Shown piece by piece: positions 10,930-21,692 of a stretch of DNA of 64,000 nucleotides. Every line of letters starts with the position of its first letter. Position 1 is the stretch's first letter. This stretch comes from a virus (Duplodnaviria > Caudoviricetes), in the IMG/VR virus record IMGVR_UViG_3300028591_000087, positions 129,103-193,102 of that record, one strand, 5' to 3'. A program made the position numbers and the translations under genes. Below the pieces are notes generated by a model. It was not told the DNA's origin and ran no database searches. It saw only the letters and a program-made list of their open reading frames with translations.

Positions 10930-12476
10930 TCTTCGTCTTCCTCAAATGCACTGAAATCATTGATTATAACTTTTAGATCATCAATTCCAATCCATTCATA
11001 CATAAAGTCTGTCATATACATCGGTTTAATTCTGCATGTACCCAAATCTGCATCACACCATAAGATAACGCTCTTATATCTTCCTCGTCTATTCTTATAG
11101 ATTGAAAGTTTAATCTTTGGAGTTGGGAACTGTGGATTACGTTGAATAATTGATTCCAAACTGCCAAGATCTTGTTCTTTTACAGGAAGAAGAATACTAC
11201 CATAGTCAATTTTATCCGCTATTGCTTTTGCACCACGAAGTAGGTTCTGGTCTGGTGTTTTACTATCTTGATAATCACCATTAAGCTGAGTTGCGCTCAT
11301 AATAAATACATTATTCTTTACGCATATATCTTTAATACGTGCGCTCAATAGGAACAGAATATTATCTTCACGAAGTGCAACTTTACCTGCGCGACGGCTA
11401 ATTTCTTCCAAAATCTTCAAAGATGTATGAATATAATCGTGGAACACATACTGAATATCCTTTTCGCGCAAATTGCGCTTAATTGTATTTTCTACATCTT
11501 GCAAATTGAAATCTGGAAGAACTTCAATGTACAAAGGACTATTCTTGATAACCTGAGCTGCCCGCATTACCCTATCTCGTTCATCATTTTCATAACGACC
11601 AGTTAAAATATGTTCTTCATTAACATTAGACAAGAAAGCTAACATCATTGTCTGGATCTCAGCTTTATCTTGCTCTGTTCCAATAAACAATGTCGGGAAA
11701 GTTCTACCATTCTTGCGCCAACCAAATTGCTCATCATAAAACCAATCACAAGCTATGTAACAGGCATCCGCAATCATACTTCTCGTTTTGCCAACTCCAG
11801 TAGGGGCAGAACGCAAATAAAACTTTCCAAGCCGGGCTCCTCTAGTAATAGTATTGATGTAATTTCCATAGAGTTGTACACCAACATCAGGAGTTGTTTC
11901 AAATGAAGTAATAAGTTCTTCAATACCATCACCCGCAGAGAAACTTCCAGCACCATCATCATTGTCAACAAATTTTGCTTTAATTGCATCAATTTTTTCA
12001 TCTATTTTATTGACAATTTCAGATGGAGTAACATGATCTAACCATTCTTCTTGTGCTTCTTTCTTACGACTATCCAAAATATTATCTGGATCATACAACC
12101 AAGAAAGATCCATTCCAAGATTATTATACATACGTAGAATTGTCATTTTCCGCATGCGCTTATAATAATAATCAAATGTAGAACGTATTGCTACTTCACT
12201 AATTTTTTGTAGCCATTCATTTCCATGATTTATATCATATATTGCCTTTACTTTTGGATGATTTTCCAAGAAATCATTTATTGCTTCAATAGTAAACCGA
12301 GTTGCTCCATCTTCATGTAGTTTAAACATAGTTCCAATAATTATTTTATGAAACTCGTTTGGAAAATCTTCTTCGTTTATATTATATGTATCACCTGCAT
12401 CCAAAATACTTGGATCATTATAAATGCACCCTATTACTTGCACTATTGATGTGCTATCTACATATTTAGACGCCAT
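10926..12476 (-). CDS. dnaB: Replicative DnaB-like helicase
   Basis: SAPTGVGKT Walker A, FHDYI, ATQLN, IYKNRRG. Confidence 0.88.
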   Translation of the reverse strand: MASKYVDSTSIVQVIGCIYNDPSILDAGDTYNINEEDFPNEFHKIIIGTMFKLHEDGATRFTIEAINDFLENHPKVKAIYDINHGNEWLQKISEVAIRSTFDYYYKRMRKMTILRMYNNLGMDLSWLYDPDNILDSRKKEAQEEWLDHVTPSEIVNKIDEKIDAIKAKFVDNDDGAGSFSAGDGIEELITSFETTPDVGVQLYGNYINTITRGARLGKFYLRSAPTGVGKTRSMIADACYIACDWFYDEQFGWRKNGRTFPTLFIGTEQDKAEIQTMMLAFLSNVNEEHILTGRYENDERDRVMRAAQVIKNSPLYIEVLPDFNLQDVENTIKRNLREKDIQYVFHDYIHTSLKILEEISRRAGKVALREDNILFLLSARIKDICVKNNVFIMSATQLNGDYQDSKTPDQNLLRGAKAIADKIDYGSILLPVKEQDLGSLESIIQRNPQFPTPKIKLSIYKNRRGRYKSVILWCDADLGTCRIKPMYMTDFMYEWIGIDDLKVIINDFSAFEEDEE

Positions 12477-13005
12477 TTACTTTTTCATCCTCTTTTTCTA
12501 TAAATGAGAATTTATTACTTTTCATAGGTTTGCGTTTTGGCGGTGGAATATGAATTTCAATCACATTAGGCTTCCATTGCTCAATAGGTTTAGATTTATT
12601 TTGCTGAGAAGCCATCCACATAGCTGTGTAATAGTTTCGTGCATCTTCATATACGTAAGGGATAATACCAATTCCGCCACGAGCCTTTTCTATTGAATTT
12701 CCTTTTACTCCATAAAAATACAAAAGAGTTTTATACATACCACTATATGTATACCCTTTTTCATTGTGATAATCGTCCATTTGTTTCTTTATCTTTGCGG
12801 AAATTGCTTCAATTTTGAATAATTGCTTAATATAATTCTCAAGAATCTGTTTATCTCTTTCTTCTTGAGAAAGTTCAGCATTATGACGATCATAGCATGC
12901 CTTATGCGCATATCGTGTTTTGTTTATTTGAACATATTCTTCCGCTTCTCTGTGAAAATATTTACTACAATATGGACATTTTACAGGTGCTAACTTTTTC
13001 GCCAT
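12466..13005 (-). CDS. Zn-finger protein, possible helicase loader or initiator
   Basis: CPYC...HKAC; directly upstream of the helicase. Confidence 0.5.
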   Translation of the reverse strand: MAKKLAPVKCPYCSKYFHREAEEYVQINKTRYAHKACYDRHNAELSQEERDKQILENYIKQLFKIEAISAKIKKQMDDYHNEKGYTYSGMYKTLLYFYGVKGNSIEKARGGIGIIPYVYEDARNYYTAMWMASQQNKSKPIEQWKPNVIEIHIPPPKRKPMKSNKFSFIEKEDEKVNGV

Positions 13006-13146
13006 TCACGTATCCTTTCCAGACGTTCAATTGCTATATCAAACTCATCTTTTGTTAATATATTGGTCATATATAAAAACATTAAATACCAATGTGCTTT
13101 TTCAAGTCTATACGGAAACTTCGGATTTAATTCTTTATTCATATTT

Positions 13147-13175
13147 ATTATATCATAATAAAAGATAAAAGTCAA
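13147..13175 (-). promoter_or_regulatory. SigmaA-type promoter
   Basis: TTGACT-17-TATAAT. Confidence 0.75.
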
Positions 13176-13200
13176 GCGAGCCGTTTTTAGGCTCGCTTGA
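13172..13200 (-). terminator. Intrinsic terminator hairpin
   Basis: TCAAGCGAGCC/GGCTCGCTTGA inverted repeat followed by a T run on the minus strand. Confidence 0.7.
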
Positions 13201-13203
13201 ATC

Positions 13204-14190
13204 TTACTTGTTTAGAACTCGCAGTTCTTGTATAATCAGCCAAACCTTTTCTGCATCAGCTTCAGTTGTGTCTTTGAACTGCTTACCAACTCCAAGATAT
13301 TCAGAAACAATCTTGGAAATTTTTAATCTATTTCCTGGATCTTTTGCCATCAATTCTCCGAATAATACTTCGGCTTCTGACTTCATGTCAGCGAATTTCG
13401 GCATATCCAGCTCATGTTCTTTATATTCATTCTGTCGTTCATTAGTAACGAACTTGTTATCGTGTTCTTTTGCTTCCTGGTCAATAGCATCGCCAATTGC
13501 ATTTACAAGGTTATCATATGTAAACACAATACTGGATGGAATGTACTTGAAACGTGAGCCCGCGACAAACCTAGGGGTGCCACGCAAGAATAGTCTTGTT
13601 TCAAGTTCACCAGTTTCTTTGCTAACAACAGGTTGCGCAAGACCGATAATGTCACAAGTACGTTCGCAAATCTTACGACCACGCTTATCGAGAGTTGGCT
13701 CGATGCGACTATACTCTTCGCCCTGCTCGTTCTTTTCAGTACGTTCAGTGCTATGAGAAATCAATACAAGACCATAATCCAGCTGAATGATTTTACGAAG
13801 GCAGGTATCAAATTCTTTCTCGACAAGACCATAGCCTTTACCATAGCCAATATCGCTGATATTATCAACACCTTCGTCATTGCAAATATAATCAGTGCAA
13901 TAATCATATGCAATATCCGCAGTATCAATAATTACTGTCTGGAACACCTGCTTTGTTTCTTCTTCTTTTAACTCAACCAATAATCTGCGAAATTCATTCC
14001 AACTATTGATTGGCTGAGCCATAACACCAGGGAGAGCGCTGTATCCTTTTTCAAAAGCGAAGAGCACAGCGCCAGGAAATTTTGATGCAATCGTAGTCTT
14101 ACCGGATTTAGGCGTGCCGTAGAACAGCACGCTATATCCACGAAGGTCACGACTTACAACATGAGGTTTGAGACTAGTCAATACACCCAT
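13204..14190 (-). CDS. Sak4-like (AAA_24) single-strand annealing NTPase
   Basis: YGTPKSGKTT, IIDTAD, LISHS; paired with SSB. Confidence 0.8.
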   Translation of the reverse strand: MGVLTSLKPHVVSRDLRGYSVLFYGTPKSGKTTIASKFPGAVLFAFEKGYSALPGVMAQPINSWNEFRRLLVELKEEETKQVFQTVIIDTADIAYDYCTDYICNDEGVDNISDIGYGKGYGLVEKEFDTCLRKIIQLDYGLVLISHSTERTEKNEQGEEYSRIEPTLDKRGRKICERTCDIIGLAQPVVSKETGELETRLFLRGTPRFVAGSRFKYIPSSIVFTYDNLVNAIGDAIDQEAKEHDNKFVTNERQNEYKEHELDMPKFADMKSEAEVLFGELMAKDPGNRLKISKIVSEYLGVGKQFKDTTEADAEKVWLIIQELRVLNK

Positions 14191-14206
14191 TTATCGTGTC
14201 CTCCTA

Positions 14207-15151
14207 TTAAAAGTCGTAGGTATCGCCTTTGCTGGCAGTTACTGCGGCTGCACTTGATCCACCTTTGCTGTTTTCATAATCAACACGACGCTGTTTGAGA
14301 TCAGCAAGATAGATTTCACGATCAGCCATCATCTTAGAGAGTTCAGCCTTCGTAAGAGTGCTTTCATCATCAAATTCGTAAGGCTCTTTAGAACAACCAG
14401 TGATAACGAACTCACGAGTCGTATTCTGACGCTCGCGCACTTCATCTTCACCAAATGCAGATTCTGTTACAGTCTTAACAACAACAGTTCTGCTCAACTG
14501 ACGACCCCAAACAGTCGTGAAAATAGGATCCTTGGGAGAAGCTTCCAGACTCTGGAAATACTTCATACCGCCGGCACCGCGCACAACAAATTCAACCGGC
14601 ATAACCTGCTTGCGGAAATCCTGGAAAATTGCACCTTTCACCTTAACGTGAGCTTCAATATTCTTGTCAGGATCAGCTTCAACATCTTTTACGTTGGTGA
14701 TAACCATATCGGTCTTGAAAGTATTGCGCTGTTTCTCATCTTCATTGAGAGTAGTCACAATATGAATAAATCCACCTTCATTACGAGTTACAGAAGTAGG
14801 CTTCTCGTCAGTGATCTGCGGGAACCACTCATTTAACTCAAGAGCAGAATCACAACGAAGTTTCATTGCCTTATCCTGCCCAACATTCAATACAGTGGGA
14901 TTTTCATCAATAATCTTACTGAGGATCGGGAAACGACTATTCGCACCGCCAGACTTTGCGAATACTGCAGTTTCATATGTATAATGGATCTTTACTACAT
15001 TCTCCATCTTTTCATCAGTGGCGATCATAATCTCGCCAGCAATGTACTCAGTGCCCGGCGTCTTGGAGTTTGCGCCAGTCAACTTCTTTTCCAACTTGTG
15101 GTCGTAAAGATAGCCCTCAATGTGTGATTCATTAATAAACTTTTTCTTCAT
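14207..15151 (-). CDS. Single-stranded DNA-binding protein
   Basis: Beta-rich composition, C-terminal tail GDTYDF, adjacent to Sak4. Confidence 0.65.
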   Translation of the reverse strand: MKKKFINESHIEGYLYDHKLEKKLTGANSKTPGTEYIAGEIMIATDEKMENVVKIHYTYETAVFAKSGGANSRFPILSKIIDENPTVLNVGQDKAMKLRCDSALELNEWFPQITDEKPTSVTRNEGGFIHIVTTLNEDEKQRNTFKTDMVITNVKDVEADPDKNIEAHVKVKGAIFQDFRKQVMPVEFVVRGAGGMKYFQSLEASPKDPIFTTVWGRQLSRTVVVKTVTESAFGEDEVRERQNTTREFVITGCSKEPYEFDDESTLTKAELSKMMADREIYLADLKQRRVDYENSKGGSSAAAVTASKGDTYDF

Positions 15152-15501
15152 TACTCTTGTTCTCCTTCAAAATTTACACTTTTTCCTTTTTCGGTAATCA
15201 TATAAACTACTGGGTCTTTACCAACCTTTTCTACATAGCCATCTGTTACCAATTTACGCATTGCACCAGAAACACCTTTTGAAGTTAATCCCATATTCTC
15301 CGCAATATCTCTGGCTTTATACATTGCAACCGGAGCTGTTTGAAGATAACTCAAAATTTTTCCGCCGTTTTCTGTGAAAAGAGGTTTCTCAATACTTTCT
15401 GTGTTTCGCAATGCGTCAACATACATTTTTACATTTGACGGGATCTCTTGATTTGCCGTCAATTTGTCCCAATATTCTAGGAACTCTTCTTGTTTTGTCA
15501 T
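15151..15501 (-). CDS. Winged-helix DNA-binding protein
   Basis: ARDIAENMGLTSKGVSGAMRKLVTDGYVEK. Confidence 0.7.
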   Translation of the reverse strand: MTKQEEFLEYWDKLTANQEIPSNVKMYVDALRNTESIEKPLFTENGGKILSYLQTAPVAMYKARDIAENMGLTSKGVSGAMRKLVTDGYVEKVGKDPVVYMITEKGKSVNFEGEQE

Positions 15502-15540
15502 GTAGTAATGATCCTTTCCTCATTTTCTACATATATAATA

Positions 15541-16335
15541 TCAAATTTTTTCTTTTTCGTCAATTTCATCTATAAAGATCAATTCTTGAGCATATGGCAA
15601 TGTGCGTGCCCAAGAGATAAAATTTGGATTAGCATCGTTATCTTGTCCGGACCATTCATTTAGTTTATGAAATCTACGTTGACTTTTACTGCATATAGCA
15701 AGTAAGTTTTCATAATTCATAGTGACTGTACGTTTCTGCAACCAAGATTCAGGCAACATACGGACCAGTTCTTTCCAAAATGCCTTCTTTAGTTCCGGAT
15801 TTTCAGTTTTAAGAACCATTTGCCGCAAATCTTCCAGCTTAGTAACCAATAGTTCCCAAAAAGAATCCATATGCCAATGCGCAACAAATCCACTTTCTTT
15901 GCCGGCTTCGGTAAGCTCAGATTGATCTACATTATCAACTGAAAGGTCGGGATTAAAATCGTCAATATCAAAACAATCCATAGTAATTGGTGCAGATGTT
16001 AGCTTATGCATTGTGCTCGTACTATTGGCAACTGTTCCAACTTTATAAGTATCAAATTCTTTCCACCAATATAGTGGAGCAGTAATATCAACAGATACAA
16101 AGATTTGTCTCATAAATTTACGATGTTCTGGTCCACTTTTGATAAGAGTCTGCATAAGTTTCATATCTTTTGGACCAATAATAAATTCTTTAGAATAAGC
16201 ATACATAATACCTTCAGGAGTATGATGGGATTTACCTTCCCAATGACTATCACTTAAAGCCCAGCTATTTTTGGGGTTACGCATACCACGAATTGCATGT
16301 TCAAAACCCCATACATCAGTATTTTCAAATTTCAT
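15541..16335 (-). CDS. ThyX/Thy1-fold-like protein
   Basis: HRKFMRQI.V.VDITAPLYWWKEFDTY, STSTMHK, LPES.LQKRTVTMNY. Confidence 0.55.
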   Translation of the reverse strand: MKFENTDVWGFEHAIRGMRNPKNSWALSDSHWEGKSHHTPEGIMYAYSKEFIIGPKDMKLMQTLIKSGPEHRKFMRQIFVSVDITAPLYWWKEFDTYKVGTVANSTSTMHKLTSAPITMDCFDIDDFNPDLSVDNVDQSELTEAGKESGFVAHWHMDSFWELLVTKLEDLRQMVLKTENPELKKAFWKELVRMLPESWLQKRTVTMNYENLLAICSKSQRRFHKLNEWSGQDNDANPNFISWARTLPYAQELIFIDEIDEKEKI

Positions 16336-17327
16336 TTTATACTATACCCATATTCTTTGGCTTTATAAAAATCTTGCCAAAAGTCCTCTCGTTCATTTAA
16401 TTTGCTTTGATCACATTCTTCAATAATTTCAAATGTGAAATTTTCTATACCTTCTTTATACATTGCTGGATATAATTTATTTTGTGTGCGGGGTTCCGCA
16501 TTTAATGCTCGTTTAATGTGCTATTTCCATCGTTCAGCAATGTCAACAGCCTATCCTACATAGCACATTTGCGTGTTGGTATTTGTAATTTTATATATAC
16601 CGGTCCTTCTTTTGCTGCCAACAACACGACCGCATAAGTCTGATACAAGCTTTTCGTAATATACCTTCCAGATAACTTTTGCAATAGCAGATCCGGCCTC
16701 ATCTGAAATAAATCCAAGAACATCTTCAATTCTGCGTATGTCGGCTTTTGCGGAATCTCCAAGTTCAATAGAGTGGTATCTGTCAAAATCATCTTCTTCA
16801 GCATGTTTTTTCGCTACCTATGTCGCCGCTGCGACCTTAGCTCTTAAATCTGTAATTCTCTCAGTTAGCTCTTGCGCAACGTCTAATTTTTTCTTATTTT
16901 CTTCACGGAATTGATCTACAAAATCTTCTTGCATACTGATATATTCAGCTTGACGTTCATTAAGCCATTCTTTGCGCTCAGCCATGTATTTTTTCTTATA
17001 TTCATCTTCAACTGTTTGATATAAAGATTTTAATTTTTCAACATTTTCAGTCCGAGTCGCTATATCATTATTCAATTCTTTTTTCTGATTATTTAATCCG
17101 TCAATAATCGCTTGATCTTCGGCTATTGTAGTTTCTAAATCTGAAACACGATTCTACATAGACTATAATGTTGATTCAAATGCTTCAATTTTAGTCTATG
17201 TATGTTCAGCCTAGATTTCTAATTCTTGTAATACTCGGCGTTTTTTTGCTACCTTGTTATCTATCCAGAAAAACAACCCAGCAAGTAGACAACCAATAAC
17301 TATGCTAATTATTATAAGTATTGGCAT
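16332..17327 (-). CDS. TM helix + coiled coil + GIY-YIG nuclease (7 in-frame TAG read as Gln)
   Basis: Continuous 331-aa frame under code 15; TGIYKITN..CYVG*AVDIAERWK*HIK; ATGA overlap with the next gene. Confidence 0.85.
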
Positions 17328-17346
17328 ATTATCACCTATTTTAGGA

Positions 17347-17374
17347 AAGGGGGTTGATTTTACTCAACCCCCTT
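17347..17374 (-). terminator. Intrinsic terminator
   Basis: GGGGTTGA/TCAACCCC hairpin. Confidence 0.65.
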
Positions 17375-17397
17375 ATATTTACCTGTCTGGGACTTAA

Positions 17398-17676
17398 TTA
17401 CTCAGCATCCGGATCAGCATTCACATCAACGGCGTAGCCAGCATCAGTGAGCTTGAGGAACTTAACCTTCTTATGGGTGCCATCGGCGAGTTCGATTTCG
17501 GCTTCTTCACGAACGCCAAATTTCTTGCGCTGAATTGCAGAAGTGAAGATACCATCAACACTGCGCTTTTCAAGACCGAGAGCATCTGCCACATCCTGTG
17601 CGGTTACGTTGTCAGTTGCATTCAAACCCTGCAGATAAGTAATTACCTTTTTTGTGTTTTCTTTCATTGCTGCCAT
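17398..17676 (-). CDS. Small winged-helix DNA-binding protein
   Basis: TAQDVADALGLEKRSVDGIFT; strong RBS. Confidence 0.65.
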   Translation of the reverse strand: MAAMKENTKKVITYLQGLNATDNVTAQDVADALGLEKRSVDGIFTSAIQRKKFGVREEAEIELADGTHKKVKFLKLTDAGYAVDVNADPDAE

Positions 17677-17797
17677 AATACTTTTTCTCCTTTGCGCTTA
17701 TAGCGTCTTACTAAAATAATTTTTTGTATATAATAATCTGAAGGATTTGCCTATCAGTTATTATCTATACAGATTATACCATAAATTTTTTTCAAGA

Positions 17798-17998
17798 TCA
17801 AATATTTTTTTCTTTTAGATAATCTTGAATCAATTCATCAAGTGCTATCATCTCTTGGAAGTCTAATTCTTGTGCTTGCTGTGTTTGCATCATGCGATTC
17901 TTCGCTTCGTTTACTTCATTATGATCAGTACTTGTCTGGATGGTATATTCCAGATCAGCAATTTTTTTAGCTAATTGCTTAAGCTGTTTCTTAGTCAT
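17798..17998 (-). CDS. Hypothetical protein
   Basis: ORF downstream of the promoter at 18033-18061. Confidence 0.55.
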   Translation of the reverse strand: MTKKQLKQLAKKIADLEYTIQTSTDHNEVNEAKNRMMQTQQAQELDFQEMIALDELIQDYLKEKNI

Positions 17999-18073
17999 AA
18001 GATATTTTTCCTTTTCTTTATCTTACATACATATTATATAAAAAATTTTTATGAAAATCAACTAGGCTGTGCA

Positions 18074-19285
18074 TCAACCGAATATAGAAGTTAGCGTGCA
18101 TTCCTTAGGATCTTTATCATCTCGAACACGCTTGAAGTAGAAGTGTCTGAGTGTATGATCTTCTTTGTGCTTCTCCATTCCCGCAAGTTCAACCACTTTA
18201 TAAATATACTTGAATGGCTCTTCTTTAAGTTCCTCTTGCATTTTTTCGGTTAAGCCAGAAGATATAGTACCAATTTCAACTACCATATTATTTTCGTCAT
18301 ATGCGCCAATGCGGATTGCTGTTGGCCACCCATAATAATAGGCTTTTGTTACTGGCATTACTTCATGTTCTAAATCTTTATAAACTGCACGTTTGTCAAT
18401 AGGAACTCGACGTTCGCTTATCAACTCTCTTGGCGCACCATTATCAGAGAATGGAGAATATTCTTCAATAACCCAATAAGGCCAAGACAACGCTGGATTA
18501 CTCATAGATTCAGTCAATGCTTCATCTATACGTCCATTCTCATCAAGAGCAGTATAGTTTGGTCCAATATTTAATTTACCAGAATAATACTTGGTAGGTT
18601 CACAGGTACCAATACAAATTGCATCACAAGAATCAGTTTTCTTTACTTTGATCGTGTCCCAAACTGGACGCTTACCAGGTGCATAATGCGCAGTTCTTTT
18701 CTTTAGAACCATGCCTTCTTCACCATTCTCAAGAGCAGAGATACAGGCATCTTGAATGTTTTCTTCTACACAACCTGCAAGTTCCATAAACGGATATGCG
18801 CATAAGTTATATTTCTTTACTATTGCTTCAAGAATCTTGTATCTATTATACGCACCAACTTCAATCAAAGACATTCCATTAAAGTAGATACAATCATGCA
18901 TATAATAGTGCAATAGTCCATAGCCTTGCTGTTGACGCTCTATTGCTTTATCAGGAAGTGATCCCATAATAGGAGTTACATCTTTTGATTCTTTGCCCGG
19001 ATAATAAATTTCACCGATAATGATGGTACCCGCGGGCAAAACATTCAAAACGTTCATAATATGTGGAACATTTGCGCCCTTTTCCGCAAGTATACCAGTT
19101 TTCTTAGAAACAGTTCTACTCCATAAATATGAAGCATCATCTGTTTTTTCAAATTGATACCAATAACCATCCTTTTTTAATTGTGCAAAGTAATCACCAG
19201 ATGCACAAATAGAGGGAAAGAGATCTTCTTTTCCCTCGGGAATCTTATTGATTTTCATAGGTTCTATACAAAATGGCTTACTCAT
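18074..19285 (-). CDS. ATP-dependent DNA ligase
   Basis: QLKKDGY (KxDG), IIGEIY, EGMVLK, IKVKK, C-terminal OB with LRH..FKRVRDDK. Confidence 0.88.
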   Translation of the reverse strand: MSKPFCIEPMKINKIPEGKEDLFPSICASGDYFAQLKKDGYWYQFEKTDDASYLWSRTVSKKTGILAEKGANVPHIMNVLNVLPAGTIIIGEIYYPGKESKDVTPIMGSLPDKAIERQQQGYGLLHYYMHDCIYFNGMSLIEVGAYNRYKILEAIVKKYNLCAYPFMELAGCVEENIQDACISALENGEEGMVLKKRTAHYAPGKRPVWDTIKVKKTDSCDAICIGTCEPTKYYSGKLNIGPNYTALDENGRIDEALTESMSNPALSWPYWVIEEYSPFSDNGAPRELISERRVPIDKRAVYKDLEHEVMPVTKAYYYGWPTAIRIGAYDENNMVVEIGTISSGLTEKMQEELKEEPFKYIYKVVELAGMEKHKEDHTLRHFYFKRVRDDKDPKECTLTSIFG

Positions 19286-19286
19286 C

Positions 19287-21692
19287 TTATACCCTCACTG
19301 CACTCACTAAGCTATTATCTTTAATCAACTTAATCGTTGAACTTGTTCTTGATCCAAGAGAAATGTCAGACACATTTACACATATAGATCCAGTGTTTCC
19401 GCACAGAAGAAGGCTTCCAGTGCTTTCAAGCCCACCGACGCCCGTGACGATCTTGCCTGAGTGATTAACTTTAAGGCCCTTACCAGATCTATTCTGCTTA
19501 GTGAATTCATTAACCATAACTCTCTTCCCTGTTCCGTCGCTACAGCCAATGAAAACCTGCCCGATGGCATCCTTGCTATTACTGTTCCCATCTTGTCCGA
19601 GACTGATACCCACGGTTGCTTCATCGTTATCCGCAAGTCTGATTCCTTGAACTCCAACAGAACATCTTCCAGTTGCTCCAACTGTCGCTCCATCAAATCG
19701 AATCCCCATACCTTCCTTAGTTAAAATCAAAATGTCTGTGTTTGATCCGACCCATACTCCAATAATAGAGTCATCTTCTCTAAGCTTGATCGCTTGAACT
19801 CCACCTTTACGTTTTGTACCCACGTATTCGGATACCAGCGTCTTCTTGACCAAACCTCGCTTAGTAACGAACCACACATACTGTCCAGCATTTTCTGTCC
19901 TCTCGGCTGAGGTAATTGCTACCACTTGTTCCGCAGGTGCCATCTCCACTAACGTAGAAATCGCTGTTCCACGGGAAGTTTGTGTTCCTTCCGGAATTGT
20001 GTCGACACCAACTCGGTAAACTTTACCTTGTGTAGTGAAGGCGAGTAATACATCTACCGTATTAGTCTCAATTGTAGCTAAGGTGATATCATCCTGTGTC
20101 TTTACTCCCTTACCATTACGTTTCTGAACTTTGAACTGTTTTTTCGGTATGCGCTTAATATTACCAGCTTCTGTTGCTACAATCACAACATCTTCCGGCA
20201 CTATTTGCGCAACCTCTTTTTCTTCTTTTGTGACTTCAATATTAGTTACAGTAGTTCTACGTTCGTCACCAAACTTATTCTTAAATGCTTCAAGTTCTGC
20301 AATAAGATCTTTTTTAAAGACTTCTTCATCACTCAAACGAGTAACTATTAAAGCCTTTTCCGCATTTTTATCTTTTCTCTCTTGTTCAATAGCCAATTTC
20401 TCCATATTGGCTAATCTACTTAAAGTCATCGCAAGAATTGCTTCTGCTTGTTCATCAGTGAAATAATATCTCTTTTTTAACTGAACGTGCGCTTCTGCTT
20501 TATTCTTAGATCCTTTAATTAATTTAATGACATTATCAATATCATCAAGTGCCATACATAGACCATCAAGAATATGAATACGTTGTTCCAATTTCTTTAG
20601 ATCATATTCATTTTTTCTGCGGAATACATCTTCTTGATGCTCTACATAGTATTTTATGATATCAACCAATGTTAATTGTTTCGGCACTTTATTCACAAGT
20701 GCTACCATATTAACACTAAATGTAGTTTCCAGATCAGTTAATGCATATAATTTATTAGCAATTACATCTGCATTAACACCCTTTTCCAGTTCCACAACGA
20801 ACCGTAATCCTTCTCTATTTGATTCGTCAAGTATTTCTCTAATGCCATCCAATTGCTTGGTTTCACAGAGTTCATCAATTGTTGTAACCAACTGTTCTTT
20901 AGACACCTTATAGGGAATTGAATCGAATACCAGTCTATCACGTTTGTCTGGAGTGACATCGACATGATAAAGTCCTCGTACTCGCACACGACCTTTACCG
21001 CTTGTATAGATATTTCTAAGTTCCTTTTCATTGATAATACAACCACCGGTGGGGAAATCTGGTGCCTGAAGTATCTCTGCAAGCGATACATTGTCCGTCG
21101 CAGTTCCCCTAATGTATGCGATAATTCCATCCATGACTTGTCGAAGATTATGAGGGGCAAAATTGCATGCCATTGCGACAGCAATCCCAGTTGTTCCATT
21201 GCAGAGGAGATTTGGGAAAAGTCCTGGAAGATATACCGGTTCAGATCCAGTTTCGTCGAAGTTAGGGATCCAGTCAACAGTGTCTTTTTTGATGCCATCA
21301 AGTGTTGCCTCACTTATTTTGCTTAATCTACATTCAGTATATCTCATCGCTGCGGGAGGATCTCCATCACGACTGCCGTTATTTCCATGGAACTCAATGA
21401 GAGGGTACCGCATATTCCACGGTTGGCTTGACCCTACCAATGCGCCATATATTGAACTATCACCATGCGGATGATACTTACCCATTGTATCGCCAACAGG
21501 TCTCGCGCACTTAACATATTGTTTATCAGACTTATATCCACTTTCCTGCATACACCAGAGAATGCGTCGCATAACTGGCTTTAAACCATCTTCTACTGCG
21601 GGAATCGCACGATCTGTGATAACAGAAAGTGAATAATCAAGAAATGATTGTTCAACCTCTTGGACTATTGGGGCTTGAATAATATTATCCAC
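19287..21692 (-). CDS. gyrA: DNA gyrase subunit A
   Basis: DGLKPVMRR, YHPHGDSS, AAMRYTE, GyrA-box-like QKRNGKG, beta-pinwheel repeats. Confidence 0.93.
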   Translation of the reverse strand: MDNIIQAPIVQEVEQSFLDYSLSVITDRAIPAVEDGLKPVMRRILWCMQESGYKSDKQYVKCARPVGDTMGKYHPHGDSSIYGALVGSSQPWNMRYPLIEFHGNNGSRDGDPPAAMRYTECRLSKISEATLDGIKKDTVDWIPNFDETGSEPVYLPGLFPNLLCNGTTGIAVAMACNFAPHNLRQVMDGIIAYIRGTATDNVSLAEILQAPDFPTGGCIINEKELRNIYTSGKGRVRVRGLYHVDVTPDKRDRLVFDSIPYKVSKEQLVTTIDELCETKQLDGIREILDESNREGLRFVVELEKGVNADVIANKLYALTDLETTFSVNMVALVNKVPKQLTLVDIIKYYVEHQEDVFRRKNEYDLKKLEQRIHILDGLCMALDDIDNVIKLIKGSKNKAEAHVQLKKRYYFTDEQAEAILAMTLSRLANMEKLAIEQERKDKNAEKALIVTRLSDEEVFKKDLIAELEAFKNKFGDERRTTVTNIEVTKEEKEVAQIVPEDVVIVATEAGNIKRIPKKQFKVQKRNGKGVKTQDDITLATIETNTVDVLLAFTTQGKVYRVGVDTIPEGTQTSRGTAISTLVEMAPAEQVVAITSAERTENAGQYVWFVTKRGLVKKTLVSEYVGTKRKGGVQAIKLREDDSIIGVWVGSNTDILILTKEGMGIRFDGATVGATGRCSVGVQGIRLADNDEATVGISLGQDGNSNSKDAIGQVFIGCSDGTGKRVMVNEFTKQNRSGKGLKVNHSGKIVTGVGGLESTGSLLLCGNTGSICVNVSDISLGSRTSSTIKLIKDNSLVSAVRV

